Origin: a virus
IMG/VR virus record: IMGVR_UViG_3300045988_180675
Coordinates: 64,001-128,000 of that record
Strand: one strand, 5' to 3'
DNA: 64,000 bases
The position numbers were made by a program, and so were the translations under genes. Of this stretch, positions 44,345 through 53,732 are shown in pieces (the stretch's first letter is position 1; each line of letters starts with the position of its first letter). The notes under the pieces were generated by a model. That model searched no databases. It was not told the origin of the DNA and saw only the letters and a program-made list of their open reading frames with translations.

Positions 44345-44794
44345 TTATGTAGCATCGCTTTCTTGTTTTGTTCTGTAGAAGTTTGAAACAATATCATCTT
44401 CCATTTTTAATAGATTTTGTATTACTTGATACGCTTTAGTGTATAAACACGGATAGTGAAATTCAAGATTATCACTTCTAACACATGTGTAATACCTATC
44501 TTGATAATATATTCTGTAACTATATTTTTTTAGTATCAATCTTATGAACGGAAGCTTCTCTGGATCCTCATACAAAAGTCCCAAGGTATTTATACACTCT
44601 AAAATTGTTAGCTTCTCTAGCTCTTTTTCTATATCGTTATCTAATGGCTTGAATCCTATGATCGCCAACACAAAACTACAGTCATCTGATAATCTGATCC
44701 GTCTTGATACGCTTCTTATGTTTCTTAGCTTGCTTGCTTCGTTATAAAAACCATTACTCTTGATAAAGCTAGTTACGTTTTTGAATCTTTTCAT
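44345..44794 (-). CDS. hypothetical protein
   Basis: It overlaps the 3' end of the upstream gene, which suggests translational coupling. Confidence 0.5.
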   Translation of the reverse strand: MKRFKNVTSFIKSNGFYNEASKLRNIRSVSRRIRLSDDCSFVLAIIGFKPLDNDIEKELEKLTILECINTLGLLYEDPEKLPFIRLILKKYSYRIYYQDRYYTCVRSDNLEFHYPCLYTKAYQVIQNLLKMEDDIVSNFYRTKQESDAT

Positions 44795-45488
44795 TTCCTA
44801 AAATATACTTTGCCCGCATCATAGCTGTTTGCGTTAGCACTAATAGTGGAGAGCGTTCCATTGCGTCATAGTAAGACGCCGTTTCTGCACCAGTTTGTGG
44901 TGTGTTATTTGCCCAACGAATAGCAAGCATTTCATCTTCGGTTAAAACGATTCCGTTTGCAGCAATTGTCATCAATGACTTTACGCCAGGACCTAGTGGC
45001 ATTCCATTATTTTTAAATTTATAAAATGTTTCTGCCTTCCATACGAATTGCCCTTTGTTGTCAGATCTAACGTTTTCATTCATCGCTAGTGCAGCCTGGA
45101 TATCCATCTGTTCATAGCTTTTGACATTCTTTGTATCTTCAACAAACAGATCAATATAGTCGATCCAAGGCAATAGCGATACGATTGCAATAGTTGACAT
45201 GTTAACATTTGATACCGTTGTATTACCCTCTTCTGATGTGTAGCTATATGCTGTAAAATGCTTAAATAGACCACCCATCTCCTTAGCTAGCACATTGAAA
45301 GTGTTTAATGCTTGCTGGCACAATCCACCACGTTCACTTAAAATCCCATCTCTAGTTAGTGGGGCTACAAAGAAGTCTGTCGATAATAGATGTGATAAAA
45401 GCTGTTGTCCCGCTCTTGGAGCGATATATGTGTTGTAGAAATTGATAAACATCTGTTTATTTTTCTCTATAAGTTCTGCATTTAACAT
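44769..45488 (-). CDS. hypothetical protein (possible degenerate HD-domain relative)
   Basis: FFVAPLTRDGILSERGGLCQQAL resembles the phage HD-hydrolase pattern FF.APAS..H....GGL..HS, but the His/Asp residues are replaced. Confidence 0.5.
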   Translation of the reverse strand: MLNAELIEKNKQMFINFYNTYIAPRAGQQLLSHLLSTDFFVAPLTRDGILSERGGLCQQALNTFNVLAKEMGGLFKHFTAYSYTSEEGNTTVSNVNMSTIAIVSLLPWIDYIDLFVEDTKNVKSYEQMDIQAALAMNENVRSDNKGQFVWKAETFYKFKNNGMPLGPGVKSLMTIAANGIVLTEDEMLAIRWANNTPQTGAETASYYDAMERSPLLVLTQTAMMRAKYILGNEKIQKRN

Positions 45489-45811
45489 AATTGTCTCCCT
45501 TCTATTTCTTTGATTTCTTCTAAATTCTTGTTCATTACATCTTGCAAAGCGATTGGTAGTTGATGTATTTCAAAATCTTCTTGTCCAACAATTCCATCTG
45601 GAGTTGCGACAAATAATGTGGCAAAGTTTTTGTTGTTTGGTTCTAATCTGTGATCAATAACACTTGGTATTACTCCTTTTTTTGGAACAATAACTGGTAT
45701 TGATTCGATTTCGTCGAGTGGCGTGTAAATGACTTTTATGATGTCATGATTGATAAATGTAACTACGGTGTTACTGTTTACTTTTTGAAGTGACTTAATT
45801 TCTACTGACAT
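45482..45811 (-). CDS. hypothetical protein
   Basis: It lies in a chain of overlapping genes. Confidence 0.5.
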   Translation of the reverse strand: MSVEIKSLQKVNSNTVVTFINHDIIKVIYTPLDEIESIPVIVPKKGVIPSVIDHRLEPNNKNFATLFVATPDGIVGQEDFEIHQLPIALQDVMNKNLEEIKEIEGRQLC

Positions 45812-46077
45812 TGACCTTCTGTTGCCTCCTTTACTTCTTTTGTGATAACAGCATAACTCAGAAGTTCTACCTTATCTAATTCATCACATGTGCTAGGCAC
45901 ACATAAAATATATCCACTCTCTTCAAATGGCGAAGCCTGCAGTTGAGCTACATCGTAATAAATATCATTCCCACTTTTGTATGCAACTAATAATGTTTCG
46001 CTTTCATCAATCAAATCATCAACGATCTGTTGTACGTTATCCTGATAATTTTTACTGTTTAATTTGTTCCATTTCAT
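45802..46077 (-). CDS. hypothetical acidic protein
   Basis: It is the first gene after the class-2 promoter at 46140. Confidence 0.5.
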   Translation of the reverse strand: MKWNKLNSKNYQDNVQQIVDDLIDESETLLVAYKSGNDIYYDVAQLQASPFEESGYILCVPSTCDELDKVELLSYAVITKEVKEATEGQCQ

Positions 46078-46139
46078 ATTTCTTTTCCTCTTTCTTTCTT
46101 GTAAAAAATCTTATTTTCTTCCTCTTCTTTTACACCTTT

Positions 46140-46159
46140 ATTATAGCATATAACAGTAT
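46140..46159 (-). promoter_or_regulatory. class-2 promoter (ATACTGTTAT + TGCTATAAT)
   Basis: The reverse complement reads ATACTGTTATATGCTATAAT. Confidence 0.55.
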
Positions 46160-46188
46160 ATATAACAAGACAAAGAATAGAGTATTCC

Positions 46189-46809
46189 CTATTCTTTTGA
46201 CATATATTTTTTGATGTCTATATAATCTTCTACGACTTTTTCTTTTTCCGTAATTTCGGCTCTAAGAGCATCCATTTCTTCATTTATCTCTATGAGTTGT
46301 TTCTTAATTTTCTCTTTTTCAATAGATTCAGTTTGTAGTTCTTCGATTCTTCTTTGTAACATCTTTATCTTCGGTTCGAGATTGATCATCCAAATATTCT
46401 TGTCAGATAACATTTTACTGAAATCACTAATTTCTTTTTGGATCTTTTCAATTTCTTCTGAACCTTTTGTAGCGAACTTGTATTCAGGAGAATCTGTTAT
46501 TTCTTCCAGTGTTTTTCTCTTTAGTACAATTGTGGCTTTGCACTCGGTTACATGACAACTCCTTTCTTCAACGGTATCAAGAACGAAGTTGAAATCTGTA
46601 TAGATGTTCTCAAGTGCGATCTTAAACTCGATAACATCTTTTAATTGTGCATAAAAAAGTATTTTTGCTCCATCAAATATCTTTTGTTCGTAATGTTTAT
46701 CTTCTAAGTAGTTGTGACCTACGATATTTTCGTAATGTGAATGATCGACAATGAGCGGACAAACACCTCGCTCTTTTGCTTTTCTCAAAAAATTTATATC
46801 TATGTTCAT
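46189..46809 (-). CDS. hypothetical protein with C-terminal coiled coil
   Basis: It has a 4-nt overlap with the recG stop. Confidence 0.55.
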   Translation of the reverse strand: MNIDINFLRKAKERGVCPLIVDHSHYENIVGHNYLEDKHYEQKIFDGAKILFYAQLKDVIEFKIALENIYTDFNFVLDTVEERSCHVTECKATIVLKRKTLEEITDSPEYKFATKGSEEIEKIQKEISDFSKMLSDKNIWMINLEPKIKMLQRRIEELQTESIEKEKIKKQLIEINEEMDALRAEITEKEKVVEDYIDIKKYMSKE

Positions 46810-48863
46810 TTATTTGTTCCCTCTTTCTTTTTCTTCTTTTTATCCTTGTAAAGTTCTTCTAACTCTTCATGTTCCTTGTATTCTGCAATAAGGAAATTTC
46901 CGATGTTTTTCTTGATGCATTCTTCTGCCAGCTTTGCAGCCTGTTGAAATAGTTCTGGATTATCCAGCATTTCTTCTACAAACTTGTTAATTCCAGATTG
47001 ATTTTGCCCGATTAAGTCTCCTGTTCCACGTTGACGAAGATCCGCTTCTGCGATCTTAAATCCATCGTTTGTCGCTACCATTGTCTGTAATCGCTCGTTA
47101 TCGGCTTCTTCTGCAATTAAGTAACAATAAGATTGATATGACGATCTGCCTACACGACCTCTTAGCTGGTGAAGTGTTGCTAGTCCGAACCGATTTGCCT
47201 GTTCAACAACCATAACAGTCGCAGATGGAACATTTACACCAACTTCTATTACAGTTGTAGAAATTAGAATATCACAAGTGTGATTATTACTATCTGCAAA
47301 AGCTGATATTGTCTTGGCAACATCTGTTGACTTCATTTTCCCATTTACGACTCCCACGCCAATTCCTCTAGGAGCGAAAAAATCTCTGTATAACTTACTC
47401 ATCTGCTCAATGCTGACAATATCTGTATTGTCATTATCTTCAATTGCAGGGCATACTACGTAACATTGATGACCAGCCTGTATTTGCTCTAGTATAAGAT
47501 TAAATACCTCGTTGTGTTCATCCGAAACCTTTGTGATGATCGGAAGTCTTCCTGCTGGTTTCTGTGTGATCAGCTTAATTTCTTTTCCTTGTCCGTATAG
47601 AACGTTTGCCATTGTACGTGGAATTGGAGTAGCAGACATAGAGATACTATGTACTCCATCCTTAGCCTTCTTGATCAGGGATTCTTTTTGTTCCACGCCA
47701 AATAGATGTTCTTCATCTGTAATAACTGATCCAAGATTATGGTAGACTACATCACTAGAAATGCAGGAGTGAGTTCCTATAATGAAATGAATTTCTCCAG
47801 ACTGGATTCTATTTAAAATTTCGTTTCTTTCTTTTTTAAGAAGTTTGCTATGTAAAAATACACAATTCAAACCGAACCGTTTTGCATATTCAGAGATTTC
47901 TTCATAGTGTTGTCTTGCCAAGATTTCTTTTGGAGCCATCAACACAGACTGGTATCCATTCTCAGCCGAATAAAACATCATTGCAGCGGCAACAATCGTT
48001 TTCCCACATCCAACATCACCTTGCAACAAAATGTTGTTTCTAATGCCGTTTCTGGCGTTTAAAAATATCTCATTTAAGATTGCTGCTTGTCCGCCTTGCC
48101 CTTGTGTCAAAGCAAATGGTAAAGATCTTATAAAGCTCTGTGTTAAAGACCAACTCTTATATTTTAAAGATGTGTTCTTGGGGGTTTCTACCCTATTTCT
48201 CTTTAGGGATAAATTAAAGTAAAGAAGATCATTGAAAAGAATTCTTCTTTTTGCCTCTTCTTCTATTTGTTTGTTTTGCGGATCATGAAGAACTTGTAAT
48301 GCCTGTTTATATGGCATAAAACCAGCAATAAGATGTGGTTCAACAATTTCTTGTTGCATTAACATGAAGTTTTCTCTGATTTTAGCTATTTCTTTTTCGT
48401 CTGCATCCTTTAATGATGGATATACTGTATGAGTATGAGGCTGATATTGGCTTGCTAAATAGATGCCTGTTACATCTACAATAGAATATCCATATTCGTC
48501 ATATTTTGGCTCTCCACATACAACAACATCCTTACCAGAGAAGCTGGCATACATGTTTAGTAGGAATACATTATTAAATAGCACGACTTTATAATCCATA
48601 CTGCCCTTGAAATAAAAAACAAGATAGGTCTTTCCAGTTGCCATTCTCTTCTTTTGTACGCTCACCTGTTTTCCAAGAACCGCACAATGACCATTTGCCT
48701 GCTGAATATCTAATGGCTTTCCGTATCGAATCGCTTTACGTGGGAAGAACTCTAAAAAATCTCTTACTGTAAAGAGGTGTTTTTTATTGAGTGCCGCCAG
48801 TGTTTTTTCTGAGATATTTAATCTTTTTAGATCCACAACTGTTATCCTTTCTATACTATACAT
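46806..48863 (-). CDS. recG: RecG-like branched-DNA helicase
   Basis: There is a wedge-domain N-terminus, then GDVGCGKT, ITDEEHLFG, SATPIPRT and QLRGRVGRS. ATG 48863 sits inside the TATAAT -10. GTG 48836 has an AAAGGA SD and may be the real start. Confidence 0.9.
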   Translation of the reverse strand: MYSIERITVVDLKRLNISEKTLAALNKKHLFTVRDFLEFFPRKAIRYGKPLDIQQANGHCAVLGKQVSVQKKRMATGKTYLVFYFKGSMDYKVVLFNNVFLLNMYASFSGKDVVVCGEPKYDEYGYSIVDVTGIYLASQYQPHTHTVYPSLKDADEKEIAKIRENFMLMQQEIVEPHLIAGFMPYKQALQVLHDPQNKQIEEEAKRRILFNDLLYFNLSLKRNRVETPKNTSLKYKSWSLTQSFIRSLPFALTQGQGGQAAILNEIFLNARNGIRNNILLQGDVGCGKTIVAAAMMFYSAENGYQSVLMAPKEILARQHYEEISEYAKRFGLNCVFLHSKLLKKERNEILNRIQSGEIHFIIGTHSCISSDVVYHNLGSVITDEEHLFGVEQKESLIKKAKDGVHSISMSATPIPRTMANVLYGQGKEIKLITQKPAGRLPIITKVSDEHNEVFNLILEQIQAGHQCYVVCPAIEDNDNTDIVSIEQMSKLYRDFFAPRGIGVGVVNGKMKSTDVAKTISAFADSNNHTCDILISTTVIEVGVNVPSATVMVVEQANRFGLATLHQLRGRVGRSSYQSYCYLIAEEADNERLQTMVATNDGFKIAEADLRQRGTGDLIGQNQSGINKFVEEMLDNPELFQQAAKLAEECIKKNIGNFLIAEYKEHEELEELYKDKKKKKKEGTNK

Positions 48864-48881
48864 TATAGCATATAACAGTAT
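48862..48881 (-). promoter_or_regulatory. class-2 promoter (ATACTGTTAT + TGCTATAAT)
   Basis: The reverse complement reads ATACTGTTATATGCTATAAT. Confidence 0.55.
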
Positions 48882-48909
48882 ATATTGGAAGAAAAAGAAA
48901 AGAGAGGAT

Positions 48910-51090
48910 TTAACCTCTCTGTAATAAATGTGCGAGTCCTGTTGTTCTCATGATGCACTTGTTTGAAACAATACCTTTTTCCAAAGCATTCCCTTCTGAA
49001 ATAATGATATTCTTTTGCTTTGCTCTTGTAATTCCAACGTAAACAAGACTTCTTTCTAACATCCCTTTTGGTTTTTGAGGTAGCAATATTAGTGAGGTAT
49101 CGCATTCTGAACCTTGTGATTTGTGGATCGTAATCGCATACGCTAGAGCTATATCTTCCAGATTTTCTCCATATACCTGAAAGATCGTTCCATCATATAA
49201 TTGGATTTCTACAACTGGAGTTATATAGTTTTCAAAATGGAAAATATTCACGATTTTTCCTTCGTCTCCATTCAGATACCCAACCTTATAGTTATTTGAT
49301 AACATAATGACTTTATCACCTTTTGAAAAAGTGGTTTTATTAAACACAATGGATTCTTCTTGCCTAAAGTTCAGCATATTATGTATCTGGTTATTAAGGT
49401 TAAAAGTGCTGACAGGGAACTTTTCTTTTTTGATCGGTGAGTAAAGCTTTATATTGTACTTACTAGCATCTGTAGACTTCATCAAATCGATCGTTATCTG
49501 GTTCATTTCATCTTGGTCCTTAGCTCTGATGATTCTAAATGTATCATCTTCTAATAGATCACATCTTCCTTGTCTGATTCGTATACTATTCTCAATAATG
49601 GCGGAGCCTTCTTGTTGGCGGTAAACATTTGTTAAACGAACAAAAGGTATTTTTTGGGACTTCATAAAATCATGTAATACATTTCCTGCCCCCACAGAAC
49701 CCAACTGGTTTTCATCTCCAACGATTAGTAACATTGAACCCTGTTTGATTCCTGTTAATAACATAGAGCAAAGTTCATTATCTACCATAGAAAATTCATC
49801 AGCAATAATCAAATCATAATCCAATTGGTTATGCTCATTATTGTATTGGATAATTTCATTTTCTCCAAAAGGTCTGATATCAAGTAATTTATGAATCGTT
49901 TTAGCATCATTCCCTGTTACCTGACGAATACGTTTTGCAGCCGTTCCTGTTGGAGCAGTCAATGCGATTTTTGCATTAGGGAACATCTTTCGATAGTAAT
50001 GTAGTAAACCGTTAATAACAGTTGATTTCCCTGTTCCTGGACCGCCTGTTAAAATAGCAATCCCTTCTTTTTGCATGAGCGTAAATGCACGCTTCTGTTG
50101 TTCGTCGTATTTGATTCCGCATTCTTTCTCTATCTCTTCAATAATCGCTTCTTTTGGTTTTATAAAACGTCTATTACTGATTAAACGAACCACATTTTCC
50201 TGAATCTTCTTTTCAAATTCGTAAACTTTTCTATGGTAAACATAGATCTGATTATCAAATACCTCAAACTTAAATTTATCTGGTCTATTTAAGATAATTG
50301 CCAATATGTGTAGTGGGCTTGTTCTGTATCCTATCTTTGTACTTTCTTCGATGTATTCTGCCATTGAGAAAAAATTTGTTAATGTGATACAGGTATCTCC
50401 ACGCCTATCTAACGTGGTAAATACTTCTCGGATCAAAGCATATACCCGAATCGGATCACTGGCTATAAATCCCTGTTTTTTGGCTAAAGATTCTCTTTGT
50501 GCAAAAGTTAATCCTGCTTTAAAAAGTATGTAAGGGTTCTTTTTTACAATAGATAAGGATCTATTTCCATATTTGCTATATATTGATTTGGCTCCAAGAT
50601 AACTTCCCCCAGCAGATGTAATAAAGTCAACAAGTTCTTGCATATCTGAATATTGATTGATTTTATTTACAAAACTTTTGGCAATACTATCATTTATTCG
50701 TGGAATCTTTGCAAGCTGTTCTATGGCATCTGGTGATTTACAAAAAGAAAAAATATCGCCATTGCTTAGGTTTATGATTGCGGAAGCAGCTGCGGTTCCA
50801 ATATTAGAGAATTTTCCACTGCTTAAAAAGGATAATGTTGTAGTGTCATTTTTGCTTAGTGGCTTACACTTGCTTGATATAAAGATGTTTCTACCATTTA
50901 TAACTTCGATATTGCCCTCAAGAAAGACTGGCGTACCAGTATCCAAGTCGGTAGCAATTCCTTTGCATAATACCGTGTTGTATTGAGGGTCTAATGGAAT
51001 CGTTTTATCTTCTGTTGAAACAGAAAAATATGTCATTCCTGATAATTCATCTTTTCTAATGACCTTTTGCAGAACGCCGTAAAACTCCAT
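48910..51090 (-). CDS. RecD2-like SF1B helicase (copy B)
   Basis: Motifs: GGPGTGKST, ADEFSMVD, VGDENQLGSVGAGNV, TIHKSQGSE, VGITRAKQ. Confidence 0.85.
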   Translation of the reverse strand: MEFYGVLQKVIRKDELSGMTYFSVSTEDKTIPLDPQYNTVLCKGIATDLDTGTPVFLEGNIEVINGRNIFISSKCKPLSKNDTTTLSFLSSGKFSNIGTAAASAIINLSNGDIFSFCKSPDAIEQLAKIPRINDSIAKSFVNKINQYSDMQELVDFITSAGGSYLGAKSIYSKYGNRSLSIVKKNPYILFKAGLTFAQRESLAKKQGFIASDPIRVYALIREVFTTLDRRGDTCITLTNFFSMAEYIEESTKIGYRTSPLHILAIILNRPDKFKFEVFDNQIYVYHRKVYEFEKKIQENVVRLISNRRFIKPKEAIIEEIEKECGIKYDEQQKRAFTLMQKEGIAILTGGPGTGKSTVINGLLHYYRKMFPNAKIALTAPTGTAAKRIRQVTGNDAKTIHKLLDIRPFGENEIIQYNNEHNQLDYDLIIADEFSMVDNELCSMLLTGIKQGSMLLIVGDENQLGSVGAGNVLHDFMKSQKIPFVRLTNVYRQQEGSAIIENSIRIRQGRCDLLEDDTFRIIRAKDQDEMNQITIDLMKSTDASKYNIKLYSPIKKEKFPVSTFNLNNQIHNMLNFRQEESIVFNKTTFSKGDKVIMLSNNYKVGYLNGDEGKIVNIFHFENYITPVVEIQLYDGTIFQVYGENLEDIALAYAITIHKSQGSECDTSLILLPQKPKGMLERSLVYVGITRAKQKNIIISEGNALEKGIVSNKCIMRTTGLAHLLQRG

Positions 51091-51111
51091 CTAAACCCTC
51101 TCTTTCGTACC

Positions 51112-51134
51112 ATTATCTTAGCATATACTGTTAT
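51112..51134 (-). promoter_or_regulatory. class-2 promoter (box inverted, TAAGATAAT -10)
   Basis: ATACTGTTAT is on the plus strand at 51125-51134. The reverse complement of 51112-51117 is GATAAT. Confidence 0.45.
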
Positions 51135-51156
51135 ATATTACAATAGAAAAACAGGA

Positions 51157-53640
51157 CTAATCAATGTCGTCCTGTTCTTCTTCTGTTTCTTCCTTTTCGC
51201 CTTGTGACTTTGCTAAATGTTCTGAAAACAAATCTACTAACCGAGTATTTCTGATCCGATCTGGATTTTCTAAAGCAAGCTTCAAAGCCTCTTCATTTCC
51301 ATATAAACGGATCTTCTGTTTAGCTCTTGTAATTCCTGTGTATACTAAATTTCTACTCAAGAATGAACCCATGTAAATCAGATTTGGCGGGAGTGCCAAT
51401 AGGATATTCTTGTACTCAGATCCTTGCGATTTGTGAATCGTTAATGCATACGCAAGTTGAAGATGTTGTGCCTTTTCTGGATCCAACCAGAAACGTCGCC
51501 CATCATCTGTTTCAAATCCAATATATTTATCTTCGTAATTGATATCAAAGACATATCCAACGTCACCATTGTAGATTCCTTTTCCGTTCTTTTTGTTTAG
51601 GTGATCATGTCTTGTTCCATATCCATTGACACAATAATATCCATTATCGTATGTGTGATAAGAAAATTCTTCCGTGTTAAAATTGACGGTCATCATAACT
51701 CTGTCGTACAGATATATTTTTTGCCCAGACTCTGTTTTTGTTGGAATTGCCTTGCCCTTATTATCTCCATTATATTTCTCTTGTAATAATTTATTCATTT
51801 CTTTAACAAAAGCATTTGTAGGAGCAAGAATAATTGTCTTCTTTGGATCAAAACCAACCTGATATTTGATATCTTCTGCATCGACTGGATCAATCCCCTC
51901 CATAATAAAGTCGTGGTAATCACTTTCTATTTGATTTACTAATGCCGTATTATCATTTGTTTTTGCTCCCCACATAAAAGAGTTATCTACAAATAAAAGT
52001 TTGTTGATATCGCCTTCATTAACAATATCCCAGTTATTTGCAAGAGATGGAATATCTTTCGCTCTGAAGTTTGTTGTTAATTTGGAACACTTGATACTTG
52101 TCTTCAATATATCCTTTAATATCTGCCCAGCTCCGATTGCTGGCAACTGATCAGGATCGCCAACAAATACAACTTGCATGTTGAATATTCCATCTTCATC
52201 AGTTATGACCTTAAAGAACTTCGCAAGCGTTACGATATCGATCATTGATAATTCATCAATAATCAACATGTTATCATACACGGATTCACTTAAAAATTCT
52301 TCTCCACGTCTAATTTTATTTGTCATAGAAAGCATTGTTGCTGCGTGATATGGGAAGAATTCTTTATCAGTAGGATCTGTTTCATCATATAACTTATCTA
52401 CGTAATATCCACCCTTTTCTTCGATTGCTTCCTTGATTCTGCCAGTTGCTTTACCAGTGAAAGAAGTTAAAATGCTAGGATGGTTAAAATACTGTTGAGC
52501 AATATATGCAATACATGCAACTACAGTGGTTTTTCCTCTTCCTGGACCACCAGTAATTACAGACACTCTATTTTTGAATGCCTCATGGATTGCCGCTCGT
52601 TGCTCTTCACTGAATTTACCACTATGAGTTTTTTCTGCCCATTCATCTATGAATGTATTGACTTCATCTTCATTGTAAACCGTAAGTGGTTCTGAATTTT
52701 TTAAATTGGCTAGAGTCTTTGCTACGAAGTTTTCGGCTTCTGTCAATCTTTTAAATTCTACAATACCACGACTAACGCCATCCTTAATAATCTTCTTTAA
52801 TTCTACATGCTCATGCTTGCCAAGAGTTTTAAAGGATTCTTTTATTGCAGCTGCATCCATTCCAGATAAATATTTTGCAGCTACCTGTTGCCAATTGTGT
52901 AGATTACGAGAATCACTTAAATCAAGGTATGTATCCCCATTACAGAATGAAAGTAATGTTTCTTTTGCTGCAAGCCATATTAAGCCTTCAACACGGATCT
53001 TGTCTTCTGGTTCTCCACCTGAACGACTCCAGATCTGATCTGCCATTGATGGAGTTAAAGAAGTTTCAAAAGATGCTTCAAAAGGATTCTGTTGCAATTT
53101 TAATATTACTTTTTCTCCATAAGTGTCGATCAACTCTTCGATCAATTTCTTTTTTCCAGATAATACAGGGAAAGTTGCGGAAATACTGCTGGTAATATCT
53201 ATAGAATAAAAATATTCTTTAATAGCCTGCTTTTGTTTTTCTCCAATTCCCTTGATCTTCTCGATTTCTTCTGGATCCAATAAAAGCGTTTTAATTGCAG
53301 TTCTTCCTAAGTGTTTGAAGATCTTTTCGGCTGTAACTTCTCCAATACCATCAAAATCTTCACCTGAGAAGAACTTTATAATATCATCTTTAGTATTTGC
53401 ATTAGGAAAAATACCAATAATAGAATATACGTCAGACTTTCCTGCTTCGCTTTTGATTTGATATGCACCTAAAAAAGAACTACCACTTTTTAAATGGTGC
53501 CCACTTGTTCCGTTGACCATTACCTTTTGTGGGAATCTTAGTTTGGTATCTGTCATATTTGCAATACAACCAAACCAACCATCTGGTTTTGGACAATCTT
53601 TATACATTTTTAGGACTTTAAATTCTGCGATATTCAACAT
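51157..53640 (-). CDS. RecD2-like SF1B helicase (copy A) with N-terminal HhH repeats
   Basis: Motifs: GIGEVTAEKI, GIGEKQKQAI, GGPGRGKTT, IDELSMID, VGDPDQLPAIGAGQ, TIHKSQGSE, TGITRAKQ. Confidence 0.85.
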   Translation of the reverse strand: MLNIAEFKVLKMYKDCPKPDGWFGCIANMTDTKLRFPQKVMVNGTSGHHLKSGSSFLGAYQIKSEAGKSDVYSIIGIFPNANTKDDIIKFFSGEDFDGIGEVTAEKIFKHLGRTAIKTLLLDPEEIEKIKGIGEKQKQAIKEYFYSIDITSSISATFPVLSGKKKLIEELIDTYGEKVILKLQQNPFEASFETSLTPSMADQIWSRSGGEPEDKIRVEGLIWLAAKETLLSFCNGDTYLDLSDSRNLHNWQQVAAKYLSGMDAAAIKESFKTLGKHEHVELKKIIKDGVSRGIVEFKRLTEAENFVAKTLANLKNSEPLTVYNEDEVNTFIDEWAEKTHSGKFSEEQRAAIHEAFKNRVSVITGGPGRGKTTVVACIAYIAQQYFNHPSILTSFTGKATGRIKEAIEEKGGYYVDKLYDETDPTDKEFFPYHAATMLSMTNKIRRGEEFLSESVYDNMLIIDELSMIDIVTLAKFFKVITDEDGIFNMQVVFVGDPDQLPAIGAGQILKDILKTSIKCSKLTTNFRAKDIPSLANNWDIVNEGDINKLLFVDNSFMWGAKTNDNTALVNQIESDYHDFIMEGIDPVDAEDIKYQVGFDPKKTIILAPTNAFVKEMNKLLQEKYNGDNKGKAIPTKTESGQKIYLYDRVMMTVNFNTEEFSYHTYDNGYYCVNGYGTRHDHLNKKNGKGIYNGDVGYVFDINYEDKYIGFETDDGRRFWLDPEKAQHLQLAYALTIHKSQGSEYKNILLALPPNLIYMGSFLSRNLVYTGITRAKQKIRLYGNEEALKLALENPDRIRNTRLVDLFSEHLAKSQGEKEETEEEQDDID

Positions 53641-53663
53641 GGTTTTTCCTTTCTACCATATCC

Positions 53664-53683
53664 ATTATATCACATAACAGTAT
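53664..53683 (-). promoter_or_regulatory. class-2 promoter (ATACTGTTAT + TGATATAAT)
   Basis: The reverse complement reads ATACTGTTATGTGATATAAT. Confidence 0.55.
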
Positions 53684-53732
53684 ATATTAAAAGAAAAGAA
53701 AATAAAAAAAGAGGGTTTATCCCTCTTCTTTT

